Origin: Octopus sinensis
Lineage: Eukaryota
Direction: 5' to 3'
Assembly: GCF_006345805.1 (NCBI RefSeq)
Contig: NC_043021.1
Coordinates: 18,352,001-18,416,000, forward strand
Length of the DNA: 64,000 nt
This document shows positions 27,328 to 39,449 of the stretch, in pieces. A program made the position numbers and the translations under genes. Positions within the stretch are counted from its first letter, which is position 1. Each line of letters starts with the position of its first letter. Below the pieces are notes generated by a model, which had not been told where the DNA came from, did not search any database, and saw only the letters and a list, made by a program, of their open reading frames with translations.

Positions 27328-27536
27328 TGTGACCGCGTGTGTACCGTTGGCGATTTTTTTTTCCTCCGTCTTCCCTTCTCTGGATCTTTCCTTTTCCTAT
27401 GTTTCCGACGAAGAGCTCCGCTCGAAACGTAAAACCCTCCTTCTTCCCTTCCTTCCTGAGCGTCCAGTAACACTATATTTGTTCCACGTCCTTGCGTTGT
27501 GTTTTCTCTTTGTGTTTTCATATTTGAATTAACTTT
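27328..27536 (+). mobile_element. Second copy of the same hammerhead-bearing element
   Basis: Aligns over its length to the reverse complement of 12008-12216; ends in (TA)n. Confidence 0.55.
27401..27435 (+). ncRNA. Minimal hammerhead ribozyme motif, U4C core variant, on the sense strand of BLTP2 intron 9
   Basis: GTTT-CCGACGA-A-GAGC-TCC-GCTC-GAA-ACGT-A-AAAC; same element as 12109-12143 in the opposite orientation. Confidence 0.58.
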
Positions 27537-27714
27537 TTATATATATATATATATACATATACACACACACACATTCGTACATATATGTTTATGTTTTTCT
27601 CTCTCTTTCTCTCTATTTGTGTGTCTGTATGCATGATATTATATGCATATCACAGCCACCAGCCCGTCTCTATGTTGTCAGTGATGCTGACGATGCAGTA
27701 ATATTATCTTTCAG

Positions 27715-27786
27715 GAGAGAGCAGCCAACAACAACACATTTCTCTACATCAAAATACCTGAGGTGTCACTTAAAGTCAGCTACAAG
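27715..27786 (+). CDS. BLTP2: BLTP2 window exon 10 (ERAANNNTFLYIKIPEVSLKVSYK)
   Basis: tctttcag| acceptor, |gtatag donor. Resembles recalled human [24 protein letters not shown]. Confidence 0.93.
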
Positions 27787-29609
27787 GTATAGTACCTTCA
27801 CTTACTATCACCACCACCACCACCACCTCCTCCTCCTCCTCTCTCTCTCATGCACACACCTTATATATCAAGTTAAATGTCTATGCAGATAATGTAGATA
27901 ATAATTATTTTTAAAAAATGTTTCTTGCACACCAGACATTTGCCATGTGACATTTCAAGGATGAAAGCATTTTCTTACTTCAGTAGATTTGATCTCGTGA
28001 CCTCTCTGCAAGACCTTCAATATTTTATCCACGCTGACATTTCCCCTCTGCAATAGTGGAATGCTTATTGTGAAGCACGTATGCACATACACACACCCAC
28101 ACACATACACCATTGTGTGTGATATAATTTATGTAAATATATTAGAATTTTTGCATCAACTGGTACACAGTATTGTGCATTTCTTTAAAGATTCTTTCAT
28201 CATACTACAGCAAATACAGTGAAGTCTATGCTTTGCTGAGGAGGTATAATAATATTGAAACATGTAGAGAATTATCTCCAATATGATGCATAATTATTGC
28301 TACTCCTACTTGTATTAAGCATTGTTTTACACCCGTGTGCCCCCTCCTGTTGCTAATCCTTACCTGTTTTTCACACGATGGATAGATTGAGACAAACAGA
28401 CAGACTCTAGGCAAGCGAGCTGGCAGAAACATTAGCACGCCGGGCGAAATGCTTAGCAGTATTTTGTCTTCCGCTACGTTCTGAGTTCAAATTCTGCCGA
28501 GGTCGACTTTGCCTTTCATCCTTTCGGGGTCGATGAAATAAGTACCAGTTATGCACTGGGGTCGATATAATCGACTTAATCCGTTTGTCTGTTCTTGTTT
28601 GTCCCCTCTGTGTTTAGCCCCTTGTGGACAGTAACGAAAAAAGAAAAAGACTCTATTTAACTGTAGAACTGCATAAGTAACTCAAATGCCTGGAGTTTTG
28701 TGCATAGCACTCATCCACTACCGTAGCTGGGGGGATGGGGCATAGGGACGGTCCACCTTGGGTGGCACTTTTAAAGGATTTGCTGTAGGCAATATGTGTC
28801 TTTTGTGGGGTCTGAGGGTGGCAGATGGAAAGGCCGCCCTGGGTAGCATTTTTAATGGGGCACCACTTTTGGGTCTGCTGTAGGCAATATGTGCTTTTTG
28901 TGGGGTCTAAGGGTAGCAGATGGAAGGGCCACCCCAGGAGGCACACACTCTTGCTATGCTAGTGCACTCATCTAATTTATAAATTGTGAATTTCTCTTTA
29001 TTTAGAAGAAAGTATAATTCTTTTGAAATATTTCTAGCAAAATATCAGTGGAAGGTCACTTGTTAAGGCAATATTTTTCAAAATCTATTCATTAAGCAAT
29101 GAGAAAAAATAAAAGAAATATAATCAAATAAAATAGCACACCCACCCACCCACACACAATTGTATTGACGTAAACAGTTGTCTTCATTCGTATGTGTTTG
29201 GGTGTATATGGTGAACACTCTTGCATTGATTTCGGTACACTAGTGTTGAACGACTCAGTCAAACAACTAATGTTTGTGACTGCGTCTGCACTTCAAACCA
29301 GCTTTACAGATTTACTAACAAAACCACACTTCTTGCACACATGAATAAAAAAAAAGAGTGTGCCTTTTGACTCTACCGACATAAATTCTTACTAAATTTG
29401 GTTAGGTAGAGTCAAATGGCTCTTTGTATGTGTTCTTGAGATGCTCAAAATGTTTAATTCTTACCTGTATTCACCTGATGAAAACAGAGTTTTTTTTTGC
29501 ATGATGTAAAAATTCTGTTCATCAATAAAAAACACATCTGAAACAGTTGTAGTGAACCATTGTCCACCTGTTGATATTTGGTTACACACACACACAACAC
29601 ACACACACA

Positions 29610-29643
<34 letters not shown>

Positions 29644-30619
29644 ATCTGTCACATGATCAGGCCCTTGGCAACTAAAGTAGCAACGGTACCAGGCTTATTT
29701 GGTACCTGTCAAAGTGTAGATAGAGCTAGTAGAGTTAACAGCTACACAACAGTCAGTAATGAGAGAAAGACCCCCTAGTCTTTGTTTAGACATCTCTCTA
29801 GGGAAAGGAAAACTCTGGTGTAACACTTAGTAGGCTAGTTCCTTTTTTTTGGGGGGGGGGGCAAATCAGATGTTGTTTGAGGAGTGGAATCGACCCCCTA
29901 CAAAGCTTCAGGCACAGCATCACTTGATTTTTAGCATCTCCATTGTGTGTTACATAATATGGCTAACAAAATACTCATTGAAAATTTCTACAATGGACTG
30001 AAGGTATGTGTCACTCTGGGTGGTAAACTCGTTGAACACCTGCTGCAAGAGGTGCCCATCATTTTGTACATCTGTGCAAAAAAAAGTGGAGAAGCCACAT
30101 CCATGATGCTTTAAGAGAACAATCAAGCAATAGGATTGTTTGAAACTGAGTTGCAGCTATCATAGATGTGCATGCGTGTGCATGTGTGACTGGCTTACAT
30201 ACCCATACCTAAATGCGTTATAGCGCCAACCTTGACTACCTTGTTGTACTCATTGACTTGTTGTACTCACTGAGATATTGTACTCACTCACTTGTGTGTA
30301 TGTAAGTGTGTGCATGTGTGTGAAAACATCTGTTTTATAATCACCACCCCCAACAGAAAGACACCTCGGGGAATAAAACTGTTTTCATTTCAAATTCACG
30401 AAGCATGTTTCTCTCTGTTTGTCAAGTAATACAATATATTGGAAACCGTCCCATTTCACTCAAACTGTGCTGATGGAATCGGTTGGGAGTAATTTGAGGA
30501 ATTTTAGCGTAATAGAATTATATTGCAGTATAACATTTGACTGGCCTTTCTACCGGATGACATGAAGATTCAACTAACACAACTAATCATTGGCCCTTTA
30601 AAAGGTTGTTGACCTTAGA

Positions 30620-30685
<66 letters not shown>

Positions 30686-31492
30686 ACACACGCTGTACAC
30701 CATGTGTCATATACTACACCATTTATTTTTATATGTATATGCACACACACACACACACACAACACACACACACATATATATATATACACACACACACGTA
30801 CAATTTGTTTTGTGTGTGTGTGTTACACTTCGGCATGGTGATACTTAGTTAATATTTATAGTTAATATTTCACTCAGGTATAGTAATACTGATAACCTGG
30901 TGTTAAAACTCAATATACCTGTTCTTCAGAATAAAGCATCAGTTGAGTACAGAGCATAAAATGTAAATTAAATAAATGACAAAGAAACAGGAAATTATGC
31001 AATGCACTTCATTGGCTCACAGCTGTTTCTGCTATAAGATGCAGTGCACTTCATTTTTGAAGCTCCCAGGAAGCTGTAAGGTGATGCTCATCTCTGAGTG
31101 CACTGCATCTGTTCTTTTGTTATTTTTAAACACACACACACACACACACATGCCCCTTGATTAGTTTTGGTTTATAGTAAGAAAAAAACGACTTCTCAGT
31201 TATATGGTGTGGTGAGGTTTTATACTCTTTTACATGTTTCTGTCATTTGACTGTGGCCATGCTGGAGCACCGCCTTTAGTCGAGCAAATCGACCCCGGGA
31301 CTTATTCTTTGTAAGCCCAGTACTTATTCTATCGGTCAAATATAAATAAAATTTAATAAACAATCATAGCAATTCTATGTTAGTATTAAATTCGTGTGTG
31401 CATCTGTGCCCCCCCCCCCACACACACACACACACATTTGCTTTAACTGGTGTCACTTTAAAACCTTGTTGCACTCTGTCATCGTTTGCCAG

Positions 31493-31633
31493 GGAGAGAA
31501 AGAGAAAAACATTGAGGACCTTCATGACTGTAACCTGGTGTTACCAACCCTGGAGTACCACAACTGTATCTGGACATGGTTTGACCTTCTCATGTCTATG
31601 AAGAACGACAGCAAGAAGATTCTACTGGCACAG
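31493..31633 (+). CDS. BLTP2: BLTP2 window exon 11 (GEKEKNIEDLHDCNLVLPTLEYHNCIWTWFDLLMSMKNDSKKILLAQ)
   Basis: tttgccag| acceptor, |gtattg donor. Matches the recalled motif LVLPCLEYHNNTWTWLD. Confidence 0.94.
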
Positions 31634-31826
31634 GTATTGCCGTTTTCACATTGCTGCTATGTCTACTCGGATGTATGGGAAGCTGTAGCTAACTCATGTA
31701 TGTGTGTATGCATACATGCATGTATTTATCTATCTGTGTGTGTGTGTGTGTGTGTGTGTAATCTAATCTTTTCCTATAACCATTGTTTTATTTCTTCTCA
31801 CTGTAAACTGTTGCATTTCTTTTCAG

Positions 31827-31937
31827 GCCCTCCGTCAGAAGTTTCATGTACGGGCACGGGCCCCTAATGAAGTACACCTGACTGATGTACAACAAGAGGA
31901 AGACAAAGCTAAGATGCTGCTGGGAGCCAAGCTGCTG
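31827..31937 (+). CDS. BLTP2: BLTP2 window exon 12 (ALRQKFHVRARAPNEVHLTDVQQEEDKAKMLLGAKLL)
   Basis: ttcttttcag| acceptor, |gtgtgt donor. QQEEDKAKMLLG resembles recalled human QQEEEKARLLIG. Confidence 0.88.
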
Positions 31938-31972
31938 GTGTGTACTTTGCTTTTATTTATTATATAAAGAGA

Positions 31973-32010
<38 letters not shown>

Positions 32011-32259
32011 TTACAAGATAAGGGCAGAAGAAAAATTCTAATGCCAGATACGCCGAAACAAAAAAATTGTTGATAACCATTAATTTATGCATCTCAAAAC
32101 AAACTGATAGATTTTTTTGTTTCGGCGTATCTGGCATTAGAATTTTTCTTCTACCCTTATCTTGTAAATTATGTATAAATTTTACCTTTAAAGGCAATTT
32201 TTTGATATGCTGGCCATTGATAAAATTTTTTCCTGAAAAAAAAAATTTTATGCTATATC

Positions 32260-32300
<41 letters not shown>

Positions 32301-32565
32301 TAATAAAGGGTTATTTGCAACAAGTTGCTTAAACCACATACCGAAAATATTAGAAATAGCAGCCAAATAGGTTACCATTACTATTACTACAAAAATAAGT
32401 CTCCACAAACAACAGTATTTGTAACCCATATATGGTAAAAAGAAGGAAGATAACGAAATCACATAGTCTACTAGCGAATATGGTCCTTTCCATACCGAAA
32501 AACTACTAGGTGAAATTTATTAATTTCATTAAATTAATTATATTTCACCCTTTATATGTATCGTA

Positions 32566-32629
<64 letters not shown>

Positions 32630-34401
32630 CAGGCACACACATACCTACGAGGGGGTGCTGAAAAGATCCTGCCTTTAAGGGTATCTCAAAAGGCCTGGTT
32701 GGAGGCCCAACTTTTCAAGTTCTTTTACAGGGTTAGAAAAACTGAAGGACCACTGCAATAAGTGTGTGAATCTTAGAGGGGAATATGTTTGAATAAAATC
32801 ACAATTAACCGATCCTCTTGTATTTTCTTTTACTCAAAGCTAGACTCTTTACAGAACCTCTTTGTGTGTGTGTGTGTGTGTGTGTAGTGAAAGAGTTTGT
32901 ATTAATTCTATGCAATTTGCCCAATGTAAACTATGGACACACATGTGGTGCAGAAAGATCATAGACAGGTGGAGCTGAAAAAGCAGTTTGTGGATGGAAG
33001 AGGAACAGTAGACAGGACAGGAGCAGTAGACCCTAAGTGTACACGAGTAACAGATGCTCTGAAATTCCCAGGAGAATCCTTAGAGGTAGTGGACAGCTAC
33101 TGTCATCTAAGTGTCCTAATTAACTGGAGTGAGGATGTTACTCATGTATAAACTGCAATGCTGCACGTTAATGAGACATGGGCCCTGAGAGCAGAAGACC
33201 TGCAAGGATTATGAAGGGAAAGTAAAGCAAATATTCTCCACTGGTTGTGCAGAATCTCTGTCTATTAATGATGAAGTACGCTCTCAAATTAATACTACAA
33301 AAACTTAGCGACAGAAAGTAAATTAAAAACCAATTTTAATTTATAAAATATAGAATGGAATGTAGTTCGAAAAATCATAGGTAAATTCCAATTGAAGAAA
33401 TTGTGTGAGGATTAAATCGTTATGTATTTATTTGTTTCTGTTTCCTGTGTATTTTTTTTGAGTAGTGGTTGAAGGTACACTTGCAAAGAGAAAGTAGGAG
33501 AAAGTCTGGTAATTAGAAGGAGTGAAGCAGTTGAAATTAGAGAGGCAAATCGTAAAATATTTACTTTTCTTGAATTTTTGCTTAATTGGGGGTCAAATTG
33601 AAAAAACTTTATATGCCATGACCCAATCGAATCTACTTCGAAAAATCATAGGTAAATTCCAATTGAAGAAATTCTATATTGTAGAATTGTATTAAAAACG
33701 AACATGGTAACAGGCAGAGAAAATCTGCCTTTTATCATAAGAGATACAGCACAAATGTGAGGAAAGCAAAACTGGGCGTAAGAGGAATCAGATGCAACGT
33801 ACAATAGAGAAAAGTGCATTGATATGAGGAGGAGATGCAGATATGGATGAGGATAGGTGAACAAAGAAGCGTTGATTGCTTTCAGTAGATAGAACCTGTG
33901 CAAGAGGGAGACCCAGGAAGATGTGTGATGAGGTGGTGAAGGCTGATCTCAAAATGTTTGGTGTTTGTTCCTTTGTTGAGGAAACAGCAAAGGACCAAAA
34001 GGATTGGCAATACTAGACGCTCAAGAATTCCTGTCCCAGTTATGCAAACCTGACTGAAAATCTGAAAGCATAATCTCTATGCGCACAAATGGGTCGCACA
34101 TCAAATGTCTCTGACAAGTCTACAGCTTCTGCTTCCTGAAACCCAAAAGACATTTGCCTAAGGTGCCACTTAGTGGGAGTGAACCCAGCACCCCATGTTT
34201 GCAAAGTGAACTCCTTAACCTGCTTAATTGTTAGGAAGTTTGAATAAAGATATCATCTTATAAATCAATAAGCTAATGCCTCAAATGGTCCGCTCATCCT
34301 AATCCTAATCCATTCAGTCAACCATTTTGAGACTTTAATCCACGGTTTATTTATATTTCCCTTCCATTTCTAACTATTTCTTTTTCTTTCCTATTTTTCA
34401 G

Positions 34402-34455
34402 GCTGGTCAAGAAAAACCTGTCAAGAAGAGTTTGTTTGCAAAGCCCCCAAAATAA
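34402..34455 (+). CDS. BLTP2: BLTP2 terminal coding exon (AGQEKPVKKSLFAKPPK-stop)
   Basis: tatttttcag| acceptor, phase 0, TAA at 34453-34455. Basic tail resembles recalled human KNPGKKSIFGRRK. Confidence 0.85.
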   Translation, partial: AGQEKPVKKSLFAKPPK

Positions 34456-34456
34456 A
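34451..34456 (+). promoter_or_regulatory. Candidate poly(A) signal AATAAA overlapping the BLTP2 stop codon
   Basis: AAA TAA A reads AATAAA; U/GU-rich sequence follows. Usage is unknown. Confidence 0.3.
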
Positions 34457-34550
34457 CGACTGTTCCTTTTCTGGTATTGCTTTCTGCATATCAAAGTGTG
34501 TAGACACACTTTTGTACCGAAATGTATATATTATACACATATATACATAT

Positions 34551-34591
<41 letters not shown>

Positions 34592-34612
34592 GAACCATGT
34601 TTTATATGTCAA

Positions 34613-34649
<37 letters not shown>

Positions 34650-34929
34650 ATATATATAATGGTGTAATAATATTTATACTGGCGTGTGAATCAACAATTG
34701 TTGTACAGAACTCTATACAAGAGGCAGAGTAGAGTAAATAAATAAATGAACATATAAACAAGCAAATAAAATAATTTAAATCGAGTTGAAAAAACAGAAA
34801 AGGATTTAAGGTTTATTGTTTGTCTCATCTGGAGAATTTATGAAATTTAGGATTTCGATAAACGACCTGATGAAACTGCAATAAATTGTAATTGTATACT
34901 GTCTTTTCAACAGGATTCAAATTATTTGT

Positions 34930-35087
34930 GTTTTTATATATATATATGTGTGTGTATGTATGTGTATATATATATATATATGTGTGTATGTATGTGTATA
35001 TATATATATATATGTGTGTGTATATATGTGTATATATATGTGTGTATATATGTGTATATATATGTGTGTATATATGTATGTGTATAT

Positions 35088-35151
<64 letters not shown>

Positions 35152-35275
35152 TTCTCTGATATAAAAGTGTAAATATATGTTTACGCATACAAATGCACAT
35201 ATGTGAATGTAAATTATATGTAAATGTATGTAAGTAGATGTGTGTGTGTATGTATATGCATGTGTATATGTGTAT

Positions 35276-35337
<62 letters not shown>

Positions 35338-35400
35338 TACACACACACACATGCATATCCATACATATATTTATACCCGCACATACACATATGTATGTAT
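34930..35400. repeat. Compound (TA)n/(TG)n/(CA)n microsatellite, representative of dozens in the window
   Basis: Read directly; it accounts for many of the YIYIYI/VCVCVC ORFs. Confidence 0.95.
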
Positions 35401-35851
35401 GTACTTATGTGTTGAGAATCCGGTGTTGACATAAAAAAATGCTTAATATTTATAACTTCGTTCTCTAACCCCTCCTCCCCCCAATTCTTGTTGCTCACTT
35501 AGCTCCCTACTCCCTTTCCCCTCAACGTACCCTCCCCCCACCGCTACCGCCACTACTAGTCTCTGTGATATTTGTTTCTTAACTTACATTACAAAACTAA
35601 ATTCCTGACTCTGGTATCCATGCCGAATGTGTGTCTGTTCCACTATGGCTACTTTTGGTTTTTACCAACAAACTTTTATCATATACACACAAAAAACAAA
35701 ACAAAAAAACATACACACACACACACACATTAAAAGACACGAGTGACAATTGGTCCTGTGTTTACTAACAGATTTTCATAATCATATGATGATAATAATA
35801 ATAATAATAATCAGCTATGTGCTACCAGTTAATATTTTGAATTACGTAAGA

Positions 35852-36049
35852 CAGTGGTTCCCAAAATTTTTAGAGTCGCGACCCACTATTTATCACACCA
35901 GTTTATGACGACCCACTTAACTCTACTGAACTATCTCGATAGACAGCAGTTAATCAAAGCTAATGCGTAATTTTATAACTTTTTGCGACCCACTAAGATT
36001 CCGTTCGTGACCCACAGATGGGTCGCGACTCATAGTTTGGGAACCACTT
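35852..36049. mobile_element. hAT-type MITE
   Basis: TIRs cagtggttcccaaa / tttgggaaccact; 8-bp TSD acgtaaga / atgtaaga. Confidence 0.82.
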
Positions 36050-36238
36050 ATGTAAGATATTTGCAAGCCTTAATTTAAGATAGAAGAGACCCCACCACTT
36101 CTCGACTCCCATGACACAAACTTTGTATCTGTTGCATACTGGACCCTTTTTCCTGTCCTAGATTGGTGCTTGTAGATGTGTTATACACACATTGTTTCTA
36201 CACATTCGTTATTGTCGTCAGTTATTACTATTATTATT

Positions 36239-37792
36239 AAGGTGGCAAGCTGGTGGAATCGTTAGCATGCTGTGCAAAATGCATTTTGTCCATCTTCACA
36301 TTCTGAGTTCAAATTCTGCCACGGTCGACTTTACTTTTTATCCTTTCAGAGTTGATAAATTAAGTACCAGTGAAATGCAGGGGTCAATGTAATCGACTAG
36401 TCCCCTCCCCTCAAATTTTCAGGCCTTGTGCCTATAGTAGAAAGGATTATTATTAATATTATTATTATTATTATTATTATGAAACTGGAAAGCTGGCAGA
36501 ATTGTTAGCACACCAGACGAAATGTATTTTGTCCATCTTGAAATTCTGAGTTCAAATCCCGCTGAGGTCTACTTTACCTTTCATCCTTTCAGGGCCAATA
36601 AAATAAGTTCTACCAGTGAAGTAGTGGAAGGAGGGGGTTTACTGTAATCAACTAGCTACCCCTCTCCTAAAATTACTGGCCTTGTGCCAAAATTAGAAAG
36701 AATTATTATAATAATTTTGTTTATTATTAGGGTGTAAGGGTAACAGTATTGGCTCCCCTATACCTTGGGGTAGTTGTCTCTATACATGCTTAATATTTAT
36801 AACTTCATTCTCTAACCCCTCCCCCCACTTCTTGTTGCTCACTTAGCTCCCTACTCCCTTACCCCAATGTACCCTACCCCCACCGCTACTGCCACTATTG
36901 TTAGGAGGTTCATTTTTGCCTCTCGTCCTTCCAAGATCAATAAAGAATTGGTCAAGTACTGCAGTTGATAGCGTTGACCATCTTCTCCTTCTCCTCCAAA
37001 TTTGTGGACTTAAGCCTGTGTAAGCAATTATTATTGTTAATGTGGTTGTTGTTATCAATTATTTTTATTATTAAGGCAGTGAGCTGGCAGAATCGTTAGC
37101 ACGCCAGGTGAAATGTTTACCGTCTTTTCATCTGTCTACATTTCTGAGTTCAAATTCCACCGAGGTCAACTTTGCCTTTCATCCTTTTGGGGTTGATAAA
37201 TTAAGTACCAGTGAAACACTGAGGTCAATGTAATCGACTATTCCCCACCCCTCAAATTTTCAGGCCTTGTGCCTATAGTAGAAAGGATTATTATTATTAT
37301 ATTATTATTATTATGAAACTGGAAAGCTGGCAGAATTGTTAGCACACCAGACGAAATGTATTTTGTCCATCTTGATATCTTGATATTCTGAGTTCAAATC
37401 CCATTTCTGAGTTCAATTTCCACCAAGGACAACTTTGCTTTTCATCCTTCCTGGGTCTATAAAATAAGGAACAGCTGAACACCGAGACCGAGGTAATCGA
37501 CTTGTCCATTCCTCTAAATTTCAGGCCTTGTGCCTATAGTGGAAAGGGCTATTTTTTTATTATTATCAAGGTTTGAAGCTGGCCAAATTATTAGCACATG
37601 GGAGAAAATGTTTAGTGGCATTCCTTTGGACTCTTAACATCCTGAGTTCAAATCCTGCCCAGGTCTACTTTACCTCTCATTGATAAAGTACCAGAGAAAT
37701 ACTGGGGTTGATGCAAATGATTTACCCCCTCGCCTAAGCACTGTTGGCCTTGTGCCAAATTTTGAAACCATTTATTATTATTATTATTATTA
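36239..37792 (+). mobile_element. Stack of five head-to-tail older SINEs separated by (ATT)n tails (similar stack at ~250-960; further copy at 38323-38535)
   Basis: Repeated gctggcagaattgttagca...ttctgagttcaaa...ggccttgtgcc...(att)n modules. Confidence 0.8.
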
Positions 37793-38263
37793 TTTCTGCT
37801 GTTGCTGCTGCCGTGATGGAGATAAGGGTGACATGAGAGGGCTAAGTTAACAATCTACCTCACTGTTTCATGTTTTAAGTCCTGTGGAAGCTAACTCTAC
37901 TGGTCATTGCTCTGCAGATGGTGGTGTTAAACCAAGTACCAGTAATACACTTGGTTTAATTACTTATATAACACCTACCTTTCCCTAACCCATTGGCTCT
38001 TGTTGTTGTTGTCGTCACAATAAACTTCTCCTTTTCCTGTCTCTACTTCCATCCACCCGCCACCCTTAATACATTGTTTTTTACCAACAGTGCCTTCTCT
38101 GTGTCTACGTCTTCAGTCTCTCCGGCCACTGCCACCAACGCCATCACCAACACTTGCTCTCCTGCTACACCACACTACACTACATCACATACACTACACC
38201 ATTCTGTACCACTCCACACTACACTCACCCAAATAATCTACATTCTACAGCCATTTGATGTGG

Positions 38264-38309
<46 letters not shown>

Positions 38310-38887
38310 TATTATTATTATTAAGGTGCCAAGCCAGCAGAATTGTTAGCATGCCAGGCAAAATGCTTAGCAACATTTTGTCTGTCTTTACATTCTGAGC
38401 TCAAATTCCACCAAGATTGACTTTGCTTTCATCCTTTCAGGGTCAATTCTTTGATTGTGAGCTCTAGGGTTGGTATAATTGAGTTACTTCCTTCCTTGAA
38501 CTTGCTGGCCCAGAGCCAAAATTTGAAATCATTATAGATTATGCATATGATTGCTATATAATATAGACAGATACTATAGGAATATAATATAGATACCATT
38601 GTTATATAAAATTAGACAGGTACTGTGACCATATGGGTGATATATGTGGCTATATAACATAAGCAGACACTGTAGATAGGTAGGTAGATAGAATGTTTCC
38701 ACACCTTTCTATATACACATGGAAATAAGTATATGGATATATATTGTGGACAGACACACACATATATACACACGTAGTTAGATACATTTGTTCATACTGA
38801 ATTAGACATATGTACAATAAGTAGCAACAGTATGATGTATATACTGGTAGATGTATATACATGTAGACACTAACAAGTGGACGTGTG

Positions 38888-38919
<32 letters not shown>

Positions 38920-39044
38920 TACATACACACACTGACACCAAGGCTAGAGTGATGGTGATGATGATGATGGTGATAGTGGTGTGTTGTGACTTAACGCTTT
39001 CCATTTATTTATTTCTCTGTTTAAACTGTCTCCGAATAAACGTC

Positions 39045-39416
39045 CACTCAGGTGTAAATCTGTTGTTAAGTGATGACCTCAAGGTCCACTCACTTGAGTG
39101 GAGCATCGCAATCAATTTTCTCTTGTCAAACAAAGATACTGAGGTTGACTCATTTGAGTGCATATCTCAACTTTACTCTTGTCATGCCAAGAACACTCGA
39201 TTGATTCACTTGAGTGAGTGCAAACCTCAATATGATTTTGCCAAATGAGGATCTCAAGGCTAACTCAGGTGAGTTTAGGATCTCAACTTTTTGTCAAATA
39301 AGTCTTGAAGTTCACTCATTTGAGTACAGATATCACTTTTTCTCTTGATATACCAAAGACATGAGTTTCACTCACTTGAGTGCAAACTTCAGTTTTGTTT
39401 TGTCAAGGGAAACTCA
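39045..39416. repeat. Degenerate ~57-bp array with palindromic core ACTCA-NN-TGAGT
   Basis: Cores at 39087, 39147, 39203, 39262, 39313 and 39369; half-cores at 39045 and 39411. Confidence 0.75.
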
Positions 39417-39449
39417 CCAAAATATAATGAATTTTTTTTTTTTAAATTT

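Noticed and set aside
26948-27532. 194-aa ORF, the longest in the track
   Set aside because: A chimeric off-frame reading across an RTE 3' end, a microsatellite and the hammerhead-bearing element.
34865-34900. CTGATGA motif as a further hammerhead
   Set aside because: No GAAA or stem III follows the putative stem II.
39045-39416. CRISPR-like look (palindromic repeats with ~40-nt spacers)
   Set aside because: The spacers are homologous to each other (ctcaa...ttt...ttgtcaa), the cores are degenerate, there are no cas genes and the context is eukaryotic. It is a degenerate tandem array.
38877-39420. ORF 38877-39248, and a minus-strand (E/D)(V/I)CTQ(V/M)SE peptide repeat
   Set aside because: The ORF starts in microsatellites; the minus-strand motif needs several frameshifts and crosses stops.
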